A stretch of 64,000 nt of DNA from Eledone cirrhosa (taxonomy: Eukaryota). The position numbers and the translations under genes are program-made. The notes beneath the pieces were generated by a model. It had not been told where the DNA came from. It made no database searches and saw only the letters and a program-made list of their open reading frames with translations. The DNA lies in the NCBI GenBank assembly GCA_964016885.1, contig OZ024743.1, positions 279,496,001 to 279,560,000 on the forward strand, in the 5' to 3' direction. How positions within the stretch are numbered: the stretch's first letter is position 1; each line of letters opens with the position of its first letter. Of this stretch, positions 59,071 to 64,000 are shown piece by piece.

Positions 59071-59431
59071 AAAAATAGAGAGATAGATATAGATAGAGAT
59101 AGAGAGAAAGAAAATAGGTAGTTGGGCACCAGTTGAATGACGTATCAATGATATATTTATTTATTTATTTATTTATTTAGTTCTAGTATTAAGGTAGAGA
59201 GAGATATATGTGGTTAGGAGAGAAAACAGCCGTTACATAGAGAGAAAAGAAAAATATCCAGAGATAAACGAGGCAGATTTAAAACATTATGTTTCATCAA
59301 TGTAAAAATATCAATTCGTATGAATTAGGTATTATAATGTAAATATCAGTATTCATGAATGAGACACGTATCAATAATGTGTGAAAAATAATGATCATAT
59401 GTCTAGTTTAAAATTCCTAGGTTTATATCAG

Positions 59432-59515
59432 AACTGAGTTAAAAAAACTGAGTTAAAAAACTGAGATAAAAAAACTGAGATAAAAACTGAGATAAAAAAC
59501 TGAGATAAAAAACTT
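59432..59515. repeat. Short tandem repeat (ctgagWt plus A-run) x6
   Basis: Direct reading of the sequence. Confidence 0.8.
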
Positions 59516-59918
59516 CAAAAAAAATTGAAATACATAAGTATATATGCACTTTCATGAAAAAAGAAAAAGAAAAAGAAAATAGAAGGTTATCCCAGATTCG
59601 ATACTATAGACTTCCATGTGAATTTACGTGATCAACTCTGCAAATTCCTATTTCGCATGAAAACATTCTCATTGTGCTATAAAAATTCTAGTATACATAT
59701 ATGTGTACATACACACAAATATATATAGAATCTACATTAATTTTAACAATACTATTCTTGTCTTTACTCTACATGATTATCGTTCAAGCATAAATAGACA
59801 ACAGATATCAATATATCAATAAAAATATCAAAAAATTAAAAAATATTAAAAATAAAACACAGTATGCCCCGCAAATCAACCACAGAGATCAACCCTTCAA
59901 AATTAATTGACAATATAT

Positions 59919-59977
<59 letters not shown>

Positions 59978-59980
<3 letters not shown>

Positions 59981-60118
59981 GTTTCTACTTTTGGGACAAG
60001 GCCAGCAATTATCCCAGTATATTACTGGTACTTTATTTTATCGACCCCGTAAGGATGAAAGGCAAAGTTAACCTCGGCGGGATTTGGACTCAGATCGTAA
60101 AGGGACATAACTATGCTA
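59978..60118 (-). mobile_element. tRNA-derived SINE, 5'-truncated
   Basis: Family body sequence. Confidence 0.75.
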
Positions 60119-60210
60119 TATATAACTATTATATAACTATTACATAACTATTATATATATATATATATATATAATGTAAGATGGTTGTATGGACGTAAAC
60201 AAGATAAGAA

Positions 60211-60278
60211 AAGCCCTTCATCAGCTGTTAAGTGCAGATGATAGATGTTTCGGTGCTTAAAAAAGGACATCGAAATCA
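60211..60278 (-). ncRNA. Putative non-circularly permuted hammerhead ribozyme
   Basis: rc: gat-GTC-cttttt-taagcacc-GAAAC-atc...ttaacag-CTGATGA-agggctt. Confidence 0.55.
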
Positions 60279-60893
60279 ATCGGCAGCGCGTCTAAAGCCT
60301 TTTATCAATCAAAAAGCCATGAGGGGAAGAAAAGATGGTGAAGAGAGAGGAAGAAAGAGAAAAAAAGGAAAGAGGAAAATACGAGTAAACAAAGCGAATG
60401 GAGGAGGGAAACATGACAATGGCACAGACAAGTGAGTAATCGGGGAGAAAATAGAACAACTTAAAACGGACCGATTGGATTTAAACCCTGTGGTCATATA
60501 ACTGCGGAGCAAGGTGTTTCCGTGCGATCTCAGCAAAGTGGGTGTAGAGAGAGAGAAAACGACGGAGAAACCGGAAGTGAGAGGGAGAAAGAGAGGGAGA
60601 AGGGAAAGACTGATAATCCAAAAGGGGTTTGCGACATCTGTGAAACCAGGTCGAAAACGAGCAGATGAATAGAGAGGGGGGGGGGAGAAAGCGAGTGAGA
60701 AAAGGAAGAGAAAGAAGGTGAGTGTCGATATGAAAGCGTGGTGGGACAATAAATCGCGCAAAACAGGTAGAGGTGGCTCACAGCACAAAATTACAAGAAA
60801 AGAAGCAGGTTGTCCCACCACGCTTTCATATCGACTTTCTCATTCTCTCTCTTCCTTTACAGTAACCACACAGCCTGCTTCTTTTCTTGTAAT

Positions 60894-60983
<90 letters not shown>

Positions 60984-62479
60984 TCCGTCTACAAAATTTC
61001 ATTCTCAGGGCATTGGTCAACCAAAATTTGTAATAGAACACGCGCAGTAAAATTTGTTGTGAAGGTAACTACTTGACTATACCTCAGTAGCTACCTCAAT
61101 ATAGAGAAAAATCATAATATCAAATCTATAGCAGAGAATACAGAATGTTCAACAGTTGAGACAATCATGTGAATATGCAAATTAGCACTAAACTTAGTTG
61201 CTACATGCTGTATATTTTCGCCAGACAAACGAGAAATAGTGGACGTTTACAATAACAAACTAAACTAGATATTGCGATAATCCGGTTAAGTATAACACTT
61301 TGTTCAGAACTTCGGTTAAATATTCAATATTCAATATTAATTTCTTATAATTATATGTTTACAAAATTGTTGCAAACAATTCATCGCCTTGATGAAAATC
61401 TACATAAGGCTAGTCTTACAATTTTCGCACCATTCTGCCAGATATTCTCCCAAATATAATTTTAACTTACAATTCTGCATGCTTAGGTACAAACTTAGTT
61501 TCTGATGCATCTTAATCTAGCCACAAGAAGAACATTGCGAAGCCTGCATTTTTTACCACCTTGTCCACACGAAATCTTGTTGGTGTCATAACATCATAGG
61601 ACCCTCTCAAATGCTTTGGGTTTTTCAGCAAAGCTGTAACGCGGTAAAGATATCTAGTCGTATCTTCCTTGTTCGTAGGAAATTATTTATATCAGTTAAT
61701 TATAGAAAATTGTTTAAGATTAATAATTCCTTTCTCTGTGGTATGTTTTCTAGGCGGCTTCCAGGTGTGTCTAAGGTTAACACCGATCGTATATATCAGA
61801 AAACACAGAAGAGCAATGCAGTTGTACTCTTAGCGTCAAAAATATGAATGAATATACTTAACTATACGGACCATGCACTGTGATAAATTATTATCAGCAA
61901 AGTTTTGCTATCAACTTTAACATCAGAAAAATACATTCTAGTTTAGAGTTTAATGTAACATTGTACTAGACACAAAGCTTTCTACTTCTCTATGGGATTG
62001 TCGGTGATGGATGGTAGCCCAGTGAGAACAGAGGCTAAGCGAATGATTCGTGATTTCAGTGTTTGTATTTCGCCTTGAAATACAGTTGTAGTATTCCTAT
62101 TTATCCATCCTGCTGAAGGTCAATAAATTAAATAACTGTAATTATTTCGGTCCAGTCAATGTAATAATCCGACCAACACTTGCAAAATCAATCTAGAAGA
62201 GAGTAAGGATGCAATCATTTTTATGTCCTTTCTCTTAGGTTCAATTTATAAAAGGGCCTCTAGCATAAAAAAAGAAACACAACTAAAATAAATAAATGAA
62301 AATCTAAAGAAGTGAGAAGGAAAGAAGAAATGTAAAGACAATAATAACAACAACAGTAGTAACATCAATAGCGCTATAATGAAGTTGTTGATTTATGTCC
62401 GTTCGAATGTAGGGTCACTGCAGAGGTGACTTTATGGCTAAAACAGATGATAGCATTTCATTAATTTTTATCTCTTTCC

Positions 62480-63468
62480 AACACCAACGCCAACACCACC
62501 AGTGATATCATCGTCGACGACGCCACCGCCGTAACCGCCGCCACCACCGCCGTCACCACCGCCGCTGCGCCACCGTTGTCGTCGTCGTTATCATCATCAC
62601 CATCATCATCATAAACATCAACATCAAGACGACCACCAATATCATAACGGCCATTGCCATCAAATCAAGAAACATAATCACCATCACGACCACCACCGAC
62701 ATCTCCAACTTAACCACCACTAACAACGACAATACAAAAACAACTAAAATGTAAAAGATTATCTCCACCCACTACCCTAAATCCAACCCCATTGCTAGAT
62801 TCACCTCTAACTCCAAGAATCAGCAATAACAGCTATTACACACCACAATTGCCACTACCACTACCACAAAAACAGCCTACATTACCATCATCATTACCTC
62901 ATACAACACTGAAGCACAACTAATAGCATTGCAGCCATTACCACAGATCACCACCAACACAACACTAATATTTCAATGCTGAAAGTTACCATCACCATAA
63001 GCACCCATACCACAACACACACCATCACCATTTTGACTTACCACACCCCAAAACCCTACCATCATATTATAGAATACATCAGCCAAAAGGAAAAAAAAAG
63101 CGAGATCATCATCATCACAAAAGCTACAACAAACGTCAATACCACAACATAGACACCACCACCACCACACCATAACAAAAAAACTGCCACTGCATCATAA
63201 CATCACCAAAACTATAACCACTAGCAGAGTCACTGCCACATTACATCACCATCATCGACACCACTATCACGGCTACCATCACAAACATGAACAGACAAAA
63301 TAACAATGCAAACAACACATTAGCTACCACCTCGACTGCTACACCGACTAACACCATAGTATTATCAATATTATTACGACGTTTGCCACAAACACCATAA
63401 TGATATCCACACTAAAATTGATATTACATCATTATATCAAATGCTGCTGCTGCTACTACTGCTGCTGT

Positions 63469-63520
<52 letters not shown>

Positions 63521-63580
63521 GCTGCTGCTGCGGGTGGTACTGGCGCTGGTGGTGCTGGTGCTGCTGGTGGTACTGCTGCA

Positions 63581-63650
<70 letters not shown>
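62480..63650. repeat. Degenerate trinucleotide low-complexity tract (ACC/ATC/CTA/CTG)
   Basis: Direct reading of the sequence. Confidence 0.8.
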
Positions 63651-63656
63651 TGGATA

Positions 63657-63756
63657 CACACAAGGCCAGCAATTTTCCCAATGCACTACTGGTGCTTTAT
63701 TTTATCGACCCCGTAAGGATGAAAGAGAAAGTTAACCTCAACGGGATTTGAACTCA
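63657..63756 (-). mobile_element. tRNA-derived SINE fragment
   Basis: Family body sequence. Confidence 0.7.
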
Positions 63757-63779
63757 TATAATATAATACAATGCAAATG

Positions 63780-63830
<51 letters not shown>

Positions 63831-64000
63831 TGATGATGGCTGCAACACGATTTCGAGTACTGCCATTGCTTGATACTTAAGCATGAGGATCACGGACGTG
63901 GCTTTTTAATCTTGCTATGGATTTGCCTATGCCCAGCAATACCATGCATCACTAAAAGTATCAAGCGATGCCTGTACTTGAAGATTTTTGAAGTGAGGAA

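Noticed and set aside
62553-63735. Thr/His/Leu/Tyr-rich ORFs as mucin or membrane proteins
   Set aside because: Trinucleotide low-complexity sequence with frequent stops and no splice or domain support.

Overview
AT-rich, microsatellite-saturated eukaryotic (animal) DNA. The SINE family and the repeat landscape suggest an octopus-like cephalopod, but that is an inference. No host protein-coding exon, rRNA, intact tRNA or CRISPR array is recognisable, and most listed ORFs are translations of (TA)n/(CA)n/(TC)n tracts. The window is dominated by Penelope-like retroelements (PLEs: RT plus C-terminal GIY-YIG, with CxCx5C-linker and Neptune-like linker types) inserted into (TA)n, usually as inverted (fold-back) insertions. 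It also holds non-coding tandem or terminally redundant units resembling non-LTR retrozymes, tRNA-derived SINEs, RTE-LINE fragments and a 29-bp minisatellite. By eye, more than 20 hammerhead ribozyme (HHR) motifs can be folded. Several are unusual: a non-circularly permuted (pseudoknotted) HHR in two diverged copies (about 56.2 kb and 60.2 kb), a family with a conserved CAGAAGA (U4A) core, a U3-A8 covariant core in a 592-bp retrozyme-like repeat, and HHRs with 55-105 nt inserts in stem II. All RNA structures were folded manually; none has been tested.
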